In this document: piece by piece, positions 27,976-37,844 of the stretch
How positions within the stretch are numbered: position 1 is the stretch's first letter
Layout of the letters: each line of letters starts with the position of its first letter
DNA from: Candidatus Micrarchaeota archaeon
GTDB lineage: Archaea > Micrarchaeota > Micrarchaeia > Anstonellales > Bilamarchaeaceae
Length of the DNA: 64,000 bases
Reading direction: 5' to 3'
Assembly (NCBI GenBank): GCA_043821365.1
Contig: JBDRCX010000006.1
Location: 256,001 to 320,000 of the forward strand
Program-made: the position numbers and the translations under genes
Notes under the pieces: generated by a model
Databases searched by the model: none
What the model saw: only the letters and a program-made list of their open reading frames with translations
What the model was told of the DNA's origin: nothing

Positions 27976-29754
27976 ATGAGATCTTTACTGGTTTTGGCGT
28001 TAATCGTCTTTTTATTCGGATTTGGATGTTTAATTCCTGGTATGTGCGGGGGAGCTGTTTGTGGAAGTGATTGGCAAACTTATGGTGATAAATGCCAAGC
28101 AGAAGCAGCAGGTGTTACTGTTCTAAAAGATGGCCAGTGCGGTCAAAAATGTACTGACAGTGATGGTGGAGATAGCCCAATTGTGTTTGGTACAGCCCAG
28201 TACAAAGGACTTTCCTATAATGATTATTGCCAGGGAAGTAAAATAGTGGAATATTCATGTAGAAACAATGAGTTACAAAGCCAAACATCTGATTGCCCGA
28301 GTGGAACTTGTGAAAATGGAGCGTGTTCTACTGCATCATGTACTGACAGTGATGGTGGTAAAGATCAATATACCAAAGGAACAGCATCAGAAGGTACAAA
28401 TTATACAGATTCTTGCGTTGCATTGAACAAAGTACAAGAATATTATTGTTCTACTAATGGTGTACTTTCTGAAATCATCACATGTTCATCAGGCTTTGAA
28501 TGCTCTGATGGTGCATGTCTTTCATTAACTTGTTCTGATACTGAAACCGGACATGGTGAATATGTTGCAGGAACCGTAACAAAAGGAAGCATGGATTATA
28601 CAGACTATTGTATTGATACCACACAAATCAATGAATTCTATTGTAACAACGGAGTGGTTGTTTCTGCCACTCTAACCTGTCCGTCAGGATATAACTGCGA
28701 TTCAGGGACATGTGTTAGCGTAGGCTGTTCTGATGATGATGGTGGCTCAAATAAGTATTCAAAAGGAACAACAACAAAAGGAGACACAACTTATACTGAT
28801 TATTGTACGAGTTCAAGTGAAGTAAAAGAGTACTATTGTTCTTGGGGTGACATATATTCAAGTACATTAAGTTGTTCTTCAGGATATTCATGTTCTGATG
28901 GTGCATGTATTTCAGGTGATTCATGTGATGATTCTGATGGTGGTAAAGACAGATATGAAGAAGGTACCACCACGAAAGGAGAAGATGAATACACAGACAC
29001 ATGTAAAGATAGCGACACAGTAAAAGAATATTTCTGTGATAATGACGATCTGATTGACTATACAAATCTAGACTGTCCATCTGGTTATGAGTGTGACGAT
29101 GGTGAATGTGTTGTGACTGGTGGAACTCCAACGAGCTGTTCTGATACTGATGGCCAAGATTATGAAACTGTTGGATCTACAAGTGATTCAACTGGTGCAT
29201 CTGGCACAGATAATTGTATCGACGATACTCATGTCAGAGAGTATTTCTGTGATAATAATTTACTAGATTCAGAATCTTATGATTGTAGTGCAGATTCTGC
29301 AGTTTGTGATGGTGGCAGGTGCGTTCCAATATCATGTACTGACACTGATGGTGGAGAAACATACTTTACATTCGGTACAGTGACATTTAGTTATGATGGT
29401 GTAGACACAGATTATGATGACGTTTGTACTGGGCCATTGACATTACGTGAATACTACTGTGATGAGTATGATGTAATGAACTCAACCCAATCATGTTTAT
29501 TTGGGTGTTCTGGAGGCGAATGCCAATCAATCTCTATTCCAACTTGTTCTGATACTGACGGTGGGGATATGCCATATACATTTGGTACAACAACCTACAG
29601 TTATGGTGGCAGCGATACAGATTATGACGACGTTTGTATTAGTCCGGCTACAGTACGTGAATATTACTGTAATGGTTTTATGGTAATGAACACCACCCAC
29701 ACATGTATAAATCTGTGTACTGGAGGAAAATGTAATCCTCTCGTAATACCATAA
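27976..29754 (+). CDS. Lipoprotein with a Kazal-like domain and 8 tandem six-Cys CxDxDGG repeats
   Basis: LFGFGC lipobox; VCGSD..TY...C; eight repeats of about 65 aa with pattern CxDxDGG...D.C......EYYC...C...C..G.C. Confidence 0.8.
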   Translation: MRSLLVLALIVFLFGFGCLIPGMCGGAVCGSDWQTYGDKCQAEAAGVTVLKDGQCGQKCTDSDGGDSPIVFGTAQYKGLSYNDYCQGSKIVEYSCRNNELQSQTSDCPSGTCENGACSTASCTDSDGGKDQYTKGTASEGTNYTDSCVALNKVQEYYCSTNGVLSEIITCSSGFECSDGACLSLTCSDTETGHGEYVAGTVTKGSMDYTDYCIDTTQINEFYCNNGVVVSATLTCPSGYNCDSGTCVSVGCSDDDGGSNKYSKGTTTKGDTTYTDYCTSSSEVKEYYCSWGDIYSSTLSCSSGYSCSDGACISGDSCDDSDGGKDRYEEGTTTKGEDEYTDTCKDSDTVKEYFCDNDDLIDYTNLDCPSGYECDDGECVVTGGTPTSCSDTDGQDYETVGSTSDSTGASGTDNCIDDTHVREYFCDNNLLDSESYDCSADSAVCDGGRCVPISCTDTDGGETYFTFGTVTFSYDGVDTDYDDVCTGPLTLREYYCDEYDVMNSTQSCLFGCSGGECQSISIPTCSDTDGGDMPYTFGTTTYSYGGSDTDYDDVCISPATVREYYCNGFMVMNTTHTCINLCTGGKCNPLVIP

Positions 29755-29785
29755 CCTTTTATCCACTTTCTTTTATTTTCTATTT

Positions 29786-30337
29786 ATGACATTACACGAC
29801 AGTATAGTTGAAATAAACAAAAATCTTTCTTCTAAAGAAGAACAATTGGATAAAATTATGGCGCACAACCGCCAAATAATTCGTTCTTGTTCAAATGCAA
29901 TTAAAGCAATGCATTCTGGCGAACTACCAAAAGCAAAAGAATATCTGGCGGAGGCAAAAAAAGGACTTGCAAATGTTCTAGAATGTCAGACTAATTATCA
30001 ACACCACATGAACCATATTCTTCAAGAGTATACTGAAGCGTGTGTTGTTTTATCTGCAATCGAATCAAAAACAATTCCTGGACAAAAAGAATTAGGTGTT
30101 CCTGATCTTCCATATTTGCTTGGTCTATTGGATACTGTTGGCGAATTAAAAAGAGAGATGTATGAATGTTTACGACAGAAAAACAAAAAAGAGGCAGAAG
30201 AATATTTCAAGCTCATGGAACAAATTTATGATGAACTTCTTTGTCTTAGGTTTTCAAATGCCGTACTTCCTGAGTTCAGACATAAACAGGACTCTGCCAG
30301 ACATCAGATAGAACAGGCCAGGGGAGAGTTAATATAG
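29786..30337 (+). CDS. Translin/TRAX (C3PO-like) family protein
   Basis: QEYTEA and YLLGLLDTVGELKR motifs retain the acidic catalytic residues. Confidence 0.85.
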   Translation: MTLHDSIVEINKNLSSKEEQLDKIMAHNRQIIRSCSNAIKAMHSGELPKAKEYLAEAKKGLANVLECQTNYQHHMNHILQEYTEACVVLSAIESKTIPGQKELGVPDLPYLLGLLDTVGELKREMYECLRQKNKKEAEEYFKLMEQIYDELLCLRFSNAVLPEFRHKQDSARHQIEQARGELI

Positions 30338-30394
30338 TTATAGTTTATATCTAAAAGCGGTAGGTTTAAATAATCCTCAAATCAATTAATTCTT

Positions 30395-31231
30395 ATGTCC
30401 AGTCCGGCGGAACTGTATCTGCATTCCTTATCTATAGCATTTGATATGGTTAAAAATATCCTTGCCACCGTCCGTGCTGATCTTGGTAGGCTTTATCTTG
30501 CTGTTGATGCTGGGTGCGGTCCTGGAAATTATATTAAACCGCTTTTATCAATTATGAGTCCTGGAGGTAAAGTTGTTGCTATTGATTCATCACAAGAAAT
30601 GCTTGATTTATTAAGACAAAAACAATCTCCTTCGAACTTAAAAAAACTATTAATCGCAAATGCCAAGATAGAAGAAATGGATGGTCTGGTTCATGATGCA
30701 GATCTTGTTCTTTGCGCATCTTCTCTTCAGTTTACTGATGTTCCTACTGCATTTAATGCAATATACGCATCTCTTGCTCACCATGGCGTTCTTGTTTTTA
30801 GTATGCCCATGGGTTTAGCAGGAATCTTAGAAGAAAATCCAGAAGGTGCATATGCTGCTTTTCAGGAAGTTTTCCATTACAATCTAAAGGAAGAAGTTTC
30901 AAAAAGAGCACCTGGATATTCATTGGCTAATGTTGCGGTGATGCGTCCAGATAGGACAATCACCCAATTCCTTACACCATGTTCTGATGCTGGGTTTGTT
31001 TTTACTGCAAGTTATGTTGCATTACAGATAGTTCCCGCATCAAAATTAGGTGTTCATCTTTCTGTTCCATGGAGGGTTGATCGTTTTATTCCTGGTCTTG
31101 AGCACAAAATACAACAAGAATGCATGCGTCGTGCAATTGACAAATCACTTAATCACATGAAGTTTGATAAAAATTTTCCATTTAAAAGAGAGATCGGCTA
31201 TGTGGTTGCTAAAAAAGGTCTAGTTAGATAA
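30395..31231 (+). CDS. Class I SAM-dependent methyltransferase
   Basis: VDAGCGPG, AIDSS and DLV motifs. Confidence 0.75.
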   Translation: MSSPAELYLHSLSIAFDMVKNILATVRADLGRLYLAVDAGCGPGNYIKPLLSIMSPGGKVVAIDSSQEMLDLLRQKQSPSNLKKLLIANAKIEEMDGLVHDADLVLCASSLQFTDVPTAFNAIYASLAHHGVLVFSMPMGLAGILEENPEGAYAAFQEVFHYNLKEEVSKRAPGYSLANVAVMRPDRTITQFLTPCSDAGFVFTASYVALQIVPASKLGVHLSVPWRVDRFIPGLEHKIQQECMRRAIDKSLNHMKFDKNFPFKREIGYVVAKKGLVR

Positions 31232-32087
31232 TCTCAGTTACTAATCTTCTAAATTCATCTGGAGCTTCCAAAGCAGGAAAATGTCCTGTTCTATCAATTG
31301 TTCTAAGAACAACCTCAGAGTCATTCCCCATGGTCTCAAATATTCTTGTTGCTGCAATGTTATTATCTATAAAAAGATCATGATGTCCACTGATAACAAG
31401 TACCTTTTCAGGCATCCATATTTTCCCCGCAATAAGTATATTCTCTAATTGTCTTCCTTCACTACACATGGCGTAAAATTCCATTAATGTTGTTCGTTTA
31501 TCATGAGTTTTTGTTTCTCTTAAAAATCTTGCAAATTCTCTTTTTACTTGTTCTTCTGCTCCCAAATGCCTGAAAAGAAAAGGAGATGCTAATTGGAAAG
31601 CAGTTATGGTAAATCCCATATTTCTATATGGTAATTTACCATCTTCTATTGCATTGACAATTCTATTGGCACGCCATCGTGTGAATGCAGATCCAAGTCT
31701 AATAAGTTTATCATCTTTTGGAAAACTTTCTCTTGGATCAGATAATGCGGGGGTTACGAATACAACTGCCTTTGGTCTATGTTGTTCATATCCTGGTTCT
31801 CTAACAAGATTAAGGTATGCGATTGCTGCAAGGCCACCCATACTATGCACCACTAAACAAGGACTTTCTATATTGCGAACTTTCAATTCATCTAAAAGTT
31901 CTCTTGCCAATGTTCTGAAATAACCTGGAACATATCCCTGTCTATCAAACCTAAAAAATCCAAAACCACTTTCACATAACGGTTCAAGAGCGTTCCAGTC
32001 TTTCTTTTTACAAGCCCAACCATTAATAGTAACTATTGTTGTTTTTTGTTCTCTGGCTGGTCGATGGTCTATGTTAGTTACTAACAT
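31224..32087 (-). CDS. Alpha/beta hydrolase
   Basis: HSMGG nucleophile elbow, D (HHDLF) and GHFP catalytic His. Confidence 0.8.
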   Translation of the reverse strand: MLVTNIDHRPAREQKTTIVTINGWACKKKDWNALEPLCESGFGFFRFDRQGYVPGYFRTLARELLDELKVRNIESPCLVVHSMGGLAAIAYLNLVREPGYEQHRPKAVVFVTPALSDPRESFPKDDKLIRLGSAFTRWRANRIVNAIEDGKLPYRNMGFTITAFQLASPFLFRHLGAEEQVKREFARFLRETKTHDKRTTLMEFYAMCSEGRQLENILIAGKIWMPEKVLVISGHHDLFIDNNIAATRIFETMGNDSEVVLRTIDRTGHFPALEAPDEFRRLVTEII

Positions 32088-32113
32088 GTTATAATTTGAG
32101 TTAGATTGAGTAT

Positions 32114-33421
32114 TTAAATATTCTCATTTATTGTTTTTTCTAGCTCTAGTCTACGAAGTTCTAATCTTTCTTTTGATTTGTATTCCATGGTCAGTCTAAT
32201 TATTGGTTCTGTGCCTGATGCTCTTATTAGAAACCACCCATCTTCTTCGTCTACTCTCACTCCATCATCCTGTCTTATCTTTCCTTCCATTCGCAATTCA
32301 GTCACTATTTTTCTTAATCTTTCCATTGCTTTGTGTTTGTTGTTAGTTTTGTATTTTCCTCTGAAAATTGGATTTTGTTTATACTTTTTCTTCAATATTG
32401 AAAATTTGTCATTAGTTGCAAATATCTCTGCAAATTTAGCCACTGCAAGTACTGCATCTGGAACATGCACTCCTTTTTTGTAAATATATTCGCCACAAGG
32501 TTCTCCACCAAACAATGCGCCTTCTCCTTCAAGAACATCTCCAACATATGTACTTCCAACTGGGGTTATGTATATTCTCCCTCCTGCGTTCTCTACAACT
32601 TCTCTTATTACAAGTGATGATTCAACAGTCGTAACTATTTTTTTATTATTGTTTTTTGTAATCTCATGCTCTATCATCATTGCAAGTTGCACATCAAATG
32701 GAAGAATCTCCCCTTTTTCATCTATTATAACGCATCTATCCCCATCTCCATCATGCGCTATAGCAAAATCAGCTTCAATTTCCCTTACAAACTTTGGTAA
32801 ATATGAAATGTTTTCCTCAGATGGCTCTGATTGGCGATTAAAGCCATCAGTTGATGAATTAACACTAATAACTTCACATCCAAGATCTGTTAAAAGATAA
32901 GGAGTTATTGATGCTGCAGCACCGTTACAGTCAACAACAATTTTTGGTTTTTTTCGTGAAATTTCTATACTATCAACCATTTCAATTACTTGATTTTTGT
33001 GTTCTTCGATTATACCTCTATCGTGTATTATTCGTCCACTTGCCCCTCCCTCTTTTTTCCAATTTCGATAGTCTTTTGCTATCTCTTTTTCTAATAATTT
33101 TCCAATTTCCTTACTATGCTCAATTAGTTTCAATCCATTGTATTCTGGTGGATTGTGGGATGCAGTTAGCATTATGCCTCTACAATTATGTTTTTTTGTT
33201 GCAAAAGCAACTGTTGGTGTTGGAGCAATTCCAATATCAATTACATCTGATTGTGATGAGAAAGCACCAACTACTGCTGCTTTAAATAATGATAAACCAC
33301 TTTCTCTTATATCTCTTCCAATGACTAGTTTTCCGTCAGAAAATACTGCAGCTATGCCTGTTGCTAATTCTTCAGTTATTTCTTTACCGTAGACTCCTCT
33401 TATCCCTGATGTACCAAACAT
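32114..33421 (-). CDS. glmM: Phosphoglucosamine mutase / phosphomannomutase family
   Basis: FGTSGIRG, TASHNP, DGDGDR, GGE, IRASGTEP motifs. Confidence 0.9.
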   Translation of the reverse strand: MFGTSGIRGVYGKEITEELATGIAAVFSDGKLVIGRDIRESGLSLFKAAVVGAFSSQSDVIDIGIAPTPTVAFATKKHNCRGIMLTASHNPPEYNGLKLIEHSKEIGKLLEKEIAKDYRNWKKEGGASGRIIHDRGIIEEHKNQVIEMVDSIEISRKKPKIVVDCNGAAASITPYLLTDLGCEVISVNSSTDGFNRQSEPSEENISYLPKFVREIEADFAIAHDGDGDRCVIIDEKGEILPFDVQLAMMIEHEITKNNNKKIVTTVESSLVIREVVENAGGRIYITPVGSTYVGDVLEGEGALFGGEPCGEYIYKKGVHVPDAVLAVAKFAEIFATNDKFSILKKKYKQNPIFRGKYKTNNKHKAMERLRKIVTELRMEGKIRQDDGVRVDEEDGWFLIRASGTEPIIRLTMEYKSKERLELRRLELEKTINENI

Positions 33422-33461
33422 TCCACATGATAGTTTCTTAGAAACGTATTTATTTGTATAG

Positions 33462-34856
33462 ATGGCAAGAATATCAGGTGGTTTCTTGTCAGCTATAGAT
33501 GACGTAATGAAATATATCGCTACAAACGAAATTAGGTGGATAGATCTTCAATTTTTTGACATTAAAGGTTCACTACATAGAGTCAGTGTTTCGAATAGAA
33601 AATTAGAGGAAGCAAGTTTTGGAAGTGGAATTCACGCAGCTGATCTAGGTGAAGTTTTTGGTCCAACTGACCAAGGTGAACTGATCCTCCTCCCAGATCC
33701 TGATACAATTGCAAGACTCCCGTGGGAACCAGCAACTGTCAGACTTATTTGTGATGTTCTTGTTGCAGTTAAAAAAGAAAGATTTCTCAAGGATTCAAGA
33801 TATGTGGCAGAAAGAATGGAAACAAATCTAAGCGCTGCAGGAATCAAGAATTGTTATGTTGGTAGTGAAGTTGATTGTTATTTATTTGATACAACCACTG
33901 TTGATAAGACAAATGGTGCTCGCGGTTCATCTCTTCTTATGGACTCAAGAGAAGCAAAATGGGGGCCATCAGTTATCTCTAATGAAGATACTGGTGCATA
34001 TGTTCCCACGCCACATGATTCAATGTATTCTGCAAGAACACAAATTTCCGAAACATTAGAGGATAGTTTTGGTGTTCTTGTTGATTCACATAGGCATGGC
34101 AAGTCTCCAACAGCACAACAGACATTTGAATTAGGGGCCAGAACTTTGAAATCAGCTGGCGATGCTGTCAATACTCTTAAATTTATCACGAAAAACCTTG
34201 CAACTGCTGTTAACGCATCAACTACCTTCATGCCATATCCTGTTGAAGGTGAAAAAGGAAACTCGTTCTCTGTTTCTGTGAGTTTATGGAAAACAAGCGA
34301 ACAAAACATTCTCTATGATGGAAAAGAATCCTATGGTCAATTGAGCCAGTCTGGAAGATATTTCATAGGTGGGTTACTTGAGCATGCTCAAGCATTATCA
34401 CTGTTTACAGCACCAATTCCAAATTCATATAGAAAACTGGCTGCTGATGATCTAGCTTTTGGCTGGAGTGTGTCTGATCCAAATGCACTTGTGCACGTAC
34501 CATCTTACAAGAAAAACATAAAGGAAAGCAAGAGAGTTGTTTACAAGGCATGTGATCCTTCTGCAAATCCATATCTAGCACAATCTCTTTTAGTTGCAGC
34601 TGGTTTAGATGGTATCAAAAAGAAGATCGATCCTGGTGATCCAACAGAATCTGACAAGAAAAAGAAGCGTGTTCCAAAATCGCTGCCAATCAGCCTTTAT
34701 GAAGCAACAAAAGCTCTTGAAAGCGATACTGCATTCCTTAAAGGAATTGTTTCCACTGAACTTTTGGGTGATTATCTTGATCTCAAACTCAGGCAACATA
34801 AAGAATCTCTAAAAGGAGTTACTGGTTTGGAACTAAGAAATTACTTCAATGTATGA
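33462..34856 (+). CDS. Glutamine synthetase type I-fold protein, probably catalytically inactive
   Basis: IDLQFFD, LPWEP, TFMP, NSY and DPSANPY framework present; most metal- and substrate-binding residues are substituted. Confidence 0.8.
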   Translation: MARISGGFLSAIDDVMKYIATNEIRWIDLQFFDIKGSLHRVSVSNRKLEEASFGSGIHAADLGEVFGPTDQGELILLPDPDTIARLPWEPATVRLICDVLVAVKKERFLKDSRYVAERMETNLSAAGIKNCYVGSEVDCYLFDTTTVDKTNGARGSSLLMDSREAKWGPSVISNEDTGAYVPTPHDSMYSARTQISETLEDSFGVLVDSHRHGKSPTAQQTFELGARTLKSAGDAVNTLKFITKNLATAVNASTTFMPYPVEGEKGNSFSVSVSLWKTSEQNILYDGKESYGQLSQSGRYFIGGLLEHAQALSLFTAPIPNSYRKLAADDLAFGWSVSDPNALVHVPSYKKNIKESKRVVYKACDPSANPYLAQSLLVAAGLDGIKKKIDPGDPTESDKKKKRVPKSLPISLYEATKALESDTAFLKGIVSTELLGDYLDLKLRQHKESLKGVTGLELRNYFNV

Positions 34857-34942
34857 AAGAAACCTACGGTTTCTTTCTAACTTTCTTTTTTTGCCATTTA
34901 AGAAGTGAATAAAAATATAACTAGTAGTAATAGTTTTCCAAC

Positions 34943-35047
34943 GGGCCCATAGTCGAATGGTTAAGACGACGCTCTTACGTCGGTATGCTATTACGGCATA
35001 CGGAGAGAAAACAGCGTAGATTCGCAGTTCGATCCTGCGTGGGCCCA
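34943..35047 (+). tRNA. tRNA-Val(TAC) with a 32-nt intron
   Basis: Acceptor GGGCCCA/TGGGCCC plus A73; D stem GTC/GAC; anticodon stem ACGCT/AGCGT; T arm CGCAG-TTCGATC-CTGCG. Intron hairpin GTATGC/GCATAC at about 34979-35010. Confidence 0.9.
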
Positions 35048-35128
35048 TTTCTATTTCTTTATTGTGTTCATTTATGTCAAAGAAAGGTTTTTATACTAAT
35101 TGTAATAAATATCCACAAGAGGTTACTC

Positions 35129-36280
35129 ATGGATATCGTTTCAAAACCATCTGATATCACGCGGTTAGATCAAACTGCACAATCTTTAGTTGAATGGTCT
35201 TTAGTTCCACTTGGGAGTATTCTACGGACACATGCCTATTCATATCCTAATTGGGGCATTCAAATCACACCAAAAAATATCGAATGGATAATTACAATGT
35301 CTAAATCAGCTTACTATGATGAATGGACAGAGACAGACGCATCAATGAATGATCTTATCGCTAGGGCATGCCGGGCTGCAAATATGCTTGACGCCAATAC
35401 TCTTCTGAATACTAGAATTGGTTTATATGGTGCAGAAGTATTGCAAGCACTTGCACTAGAAAATCCATCTAAGTTATTCGAGGTAGTTGATATTGGAGCA
35501 GGCCCAGGAGGGTCAAGTGCTGCTCTTTTAGATCAACTTAGGAAAAGAGGAGTTTCAAATGTACATCTTACAATTTTAGATCCGTCTAATAAACGTCTTG
35601 ATAGTGCGATGGAACGTTTGGGACAGTACGTGGATGTGTGTCGTGTTGATAGATGTATAGGCACAGTTGCTGATATCGATAGGTTCCATCGGCATTCTGC
35701 TGATCTTATCATTACAAATGCAGCAATACATCACGAGTCATTTAATACTCACCTCCCAGCAATTCTTAGAGTTTTAAAACAAGGGGCAAAACTTGTCAGT
35801 GGGGATTGGCATGAAGGAACCTATGAGAGTCCTGCGAGGTCTTATTGGGTTTATTATGTTCTTCAGCATCCATTTGAAGATCACTCTGATATCTATGCAT
35901 TTATAAAAGAAGGAAAAAATCTAAGGAAATTTCATGAAAGAAACGAGTTGAAAGATTTTCGTTTGTTATTTCAACTTAGTAAAGATGATGTTCTCAGTGC
36001 GTTTACTAACCTAACTCCTAATGAAAGAGCTGCATGCGCAGGTGGTATAAGATATTGGCATGAGATGGGAAAACATCTTGCACTAGAAGGAAGAAAGAGA
36101 ATGTCACCAGAGGTTCTTATCCAATGCCATGAACGAGTTGCAAAACGTTTAGAAGCATTAAGAAATGCTGGTTTTACTTTTGATAGAGAGGATTTGTCTA
36201 AATATAGAGAACTTCTAAAAAGAAGGGGATATGGAGAATTAACTGCCGTTATGGTTGCTAGGAGGAGTTTGACTAGGTGA
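35129..36280 (+). CDS. SAM-dependent methyltransferase-like protein
   Basis: VDIGAGPG, ADLIITNAAIHH. The start is probably ATG at 35129, because the longer ORF overlaps the tRNA. Confidence 0.7.
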   Translation: MDIVSKPSDITRLDQTAQSLVEWSLVPLGSILRTHAYSYPNWGIQITPKNIEWIITMSKSAYYDEWTETDASMNDLIARACRAANMLDANTLLNTRIGLYGAEVLQALALENPSKLFEVVDIGAGPGGSSAALLDQLRKRGVSNVHLTILDPSNKRLDSAMERLGQYVDVCRVDRCIGTVADIDRFHRHSADLIITNAAIHHESFNTHLPAILRVLKQGAKLVSGDWHEGTYESPARSYWVYYVLQHPFEDHSDIYAFIKEGKNLRKFHERNELKDFRLLFQLSKDDVLSAFTNLTPNERAACAGGIRYWHEMGKHLALEGRKRMSPEVLIQCHERVAKRLEALRNAGFTFDREDLSKYRELLKRRGYGELTAVMVARRSLTR

Positions 36281-36874
36281 TCTTTTCTGGTTTTTTCTAC
36301 CTCTAGTTACAAAACCAACTATTTGCAAAACAACTGTTGCAGCTCCTAAAACTATCAAAGAAACTTCAGCTAAATTAATGGAATTTCCTTTGAAAAGTCC
36401 ATTGGCTTTCATTACGAAGTGTATTGTCACTAGAATAAAAGCCAGATAATTGAATTGCTGAATTCTTTTCCACCAAACCGCACCAAGCTTTTTTATGGCA
36501 AAATCACATGATGTTATTGTTAATAAAAATAACAAAATCAGTGCTACCGTTCCAATAGCCATTGGAGGCACTGAGAATATACCATTAATATCCCAGCTAA
36601 AATAATGTGCCATTGAGAGGAAAACATGCAATAATACAAATACAAAACTTGCTATTCCAATTGCTCTTCTTGGTTCGACAATTTGTGCAAATTCCTTTGG
36701 CCAGAGTGTAACGAGAGGACCAATTAACAAAGTTATACACAAGAGTAAATAGGCTGCCAATGCAGAGAATCTTACGAATGCAACTGTTGTGGATTCTGAG
36801 TTCATTGTCTCATAAAAACCCAACAAAACCATTCCAATTATTATTAATAAAAATAAAAAACTAGATTTTTGCAT
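36239..36874 (-). CDS. Ferric reductase-like transmembrane heme protein (MsrQ/YedZ-like)
   Basis: RRAIG, LH, LTITS, WKRIQ...Y and H motifs; about 6 TMs. Confidence 0.8.
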   Translation of the reverse strand: MQKSSFLFLLIIIGMVLLGFYETMNSESTTVAFVRFSALAAYLLLCITLLIGPLVTLWPKEFAQIVEPRRAIGIASFVFVLLHVFLSMAHYFSWDINGIFSVPPMAIGTVALILLFLLTITSCDFAIKKLGAVWWKRIQQFNYLAFILVTIHFVMKANGLFKGNSINLAEVSLIVLGAATVVLQIVGFVTRGRKNQKRSPSQTPPSNHNGS

Positions 36875-36877
36875 TTT

Positions 36878-37234
36878 TTATCCCACTATTCCAATTGTCA
36901 TATTAAGTAATTTTTGTCTTGCATCGTAGTCATGTTTTGAATCAAATATGTCACTGACATCGTTACCACAATTTGGTGCAAACATTCCACCTGCATGATT
37001 TTCTGCAAATACCTCTGGTATGCTAGCAACCATGTTATCAACAACCACCCAACAATCATCTGTTGTATTGTGTTTTGCAACATCATTCATTGTTAGTTTA
37101 CTCAGGTTAGCTGAGTTATTCTGCACTACCACCGTAGTGTTATCAAATGCCTGATTATTATTCTGTTCGACTGTGGCACATCCAAGCAGCAGTAGTGCTG
37201 CAGCTATTAAAATCAAATATTTCATATAAGCCAC
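36878..37234 (-). CDS. Cytochrome b5-like heme-binding lipoprotein
   Basis: LLLGC lipobox; HNT.DDCWVVV, HAGG, CGND...F...H motifs. Confidence 0.8.
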   Translation of the reverse strand: MAYMKYLILIAAALLLLGCATVEQNNNQAFDNTTVVVQNNSANLSKLTMNDVAKHNTTDDCWVVVDNMVASIPEVFAENHAGGMFAPNCGNDVSDIFDSKHDYDARQKLLNMTIGIVG

Positions 37235-37273
37235 CCGCTTCTTTTTCCTGGCTAATATTTATAATTCTCCCTA

Positions 37274-37831
37274 CTATCTCATGAATCTTGGTTGAAATGG
37301 TGGTTTTGTAAATAAGTAATATTTTTCTTTCCCTTCTAGTTCACTCATTATTCTTTGTACAAATACCCCTGTTGGGTCTGCTAAACTCGGAACTCTTTTG
37401 TGAAGATCAGCTATGGATTCAAATGGTTTTATTTCTCTTTCTTTGAGTATTGCCTCCATATTCTTTTTTCCTATACCAGGCAGCAAATCAAGAGTGTGAA
37501 CTCTTATTGATATTGGCTTTGCATTATTTATGAATTTTATGAAATCCATTTCTCTTTCAACTACTGCTTTTTTTACCATACTTGGAAGAAATTCTCTGGC
37601 TCCATTGGTAAGGTCGTTATAGCTTAATCTCCCTTTTATGTGTGATATTTCTTTTCTTCCTTCTCTTCCAACACAAACTTTTTGGCCAAGGACTATGGTT
37701 GCTTGTGCTGTAACTGTAGCTTCAAGTAATGTAAAAAATTGTGTACCTAGGAGTTGAACTATGGGTTCTATCTTTATTGCGTCTGCTCTTCCTGCTGATA
37801 AATACTCCACCACCCATGCATAATCTTCCAT
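37274..37831 (-). CDS. DUF655 family putative RNA-binding protein
   Basis: EDYAWVVEYL, FFTLLE, LDLLPGIGKK; conserved position next to rpo4 and rpl21e. Confidence 0.9.
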   Translation of the reverse strand: MEDYAWVVEYLSAGRADAIKIEPIVQLLGTQFFTLLEATVTAQATIVLGQKVCVGREGRKEISHIKGRLSYNDLTNGAREFLPSMVKKAVVEREMDFIKFINNAKPISIRVHTLDLLPGIGKKNMEAILKEREIKPFESIADLHKRVPSLADPTGVFVQRIMSELEGKEKYYLFTKPPFQPRFMR

Positions 37832-37844
37832 AAGCTTCCCCTCC

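Noticed and set aside
34974-35012. Reading the 34943 tRNA as Leu(TAA) through a 35/36 intron
   Set aside because: The variable loop is only 5 nt, the D arm is Val-like, and the flanking helices for that register do not pair.
34985-35128. N-terminal extension of the 431-aa ORF, and similar extensions at 3655, 8300-8524, 39998-40087 and 58455-58592
   Set aside because: They overlap a tRNA or neighbouring genes or promoters; downstream starts fit the motifs and RBS/TATA spacing better.
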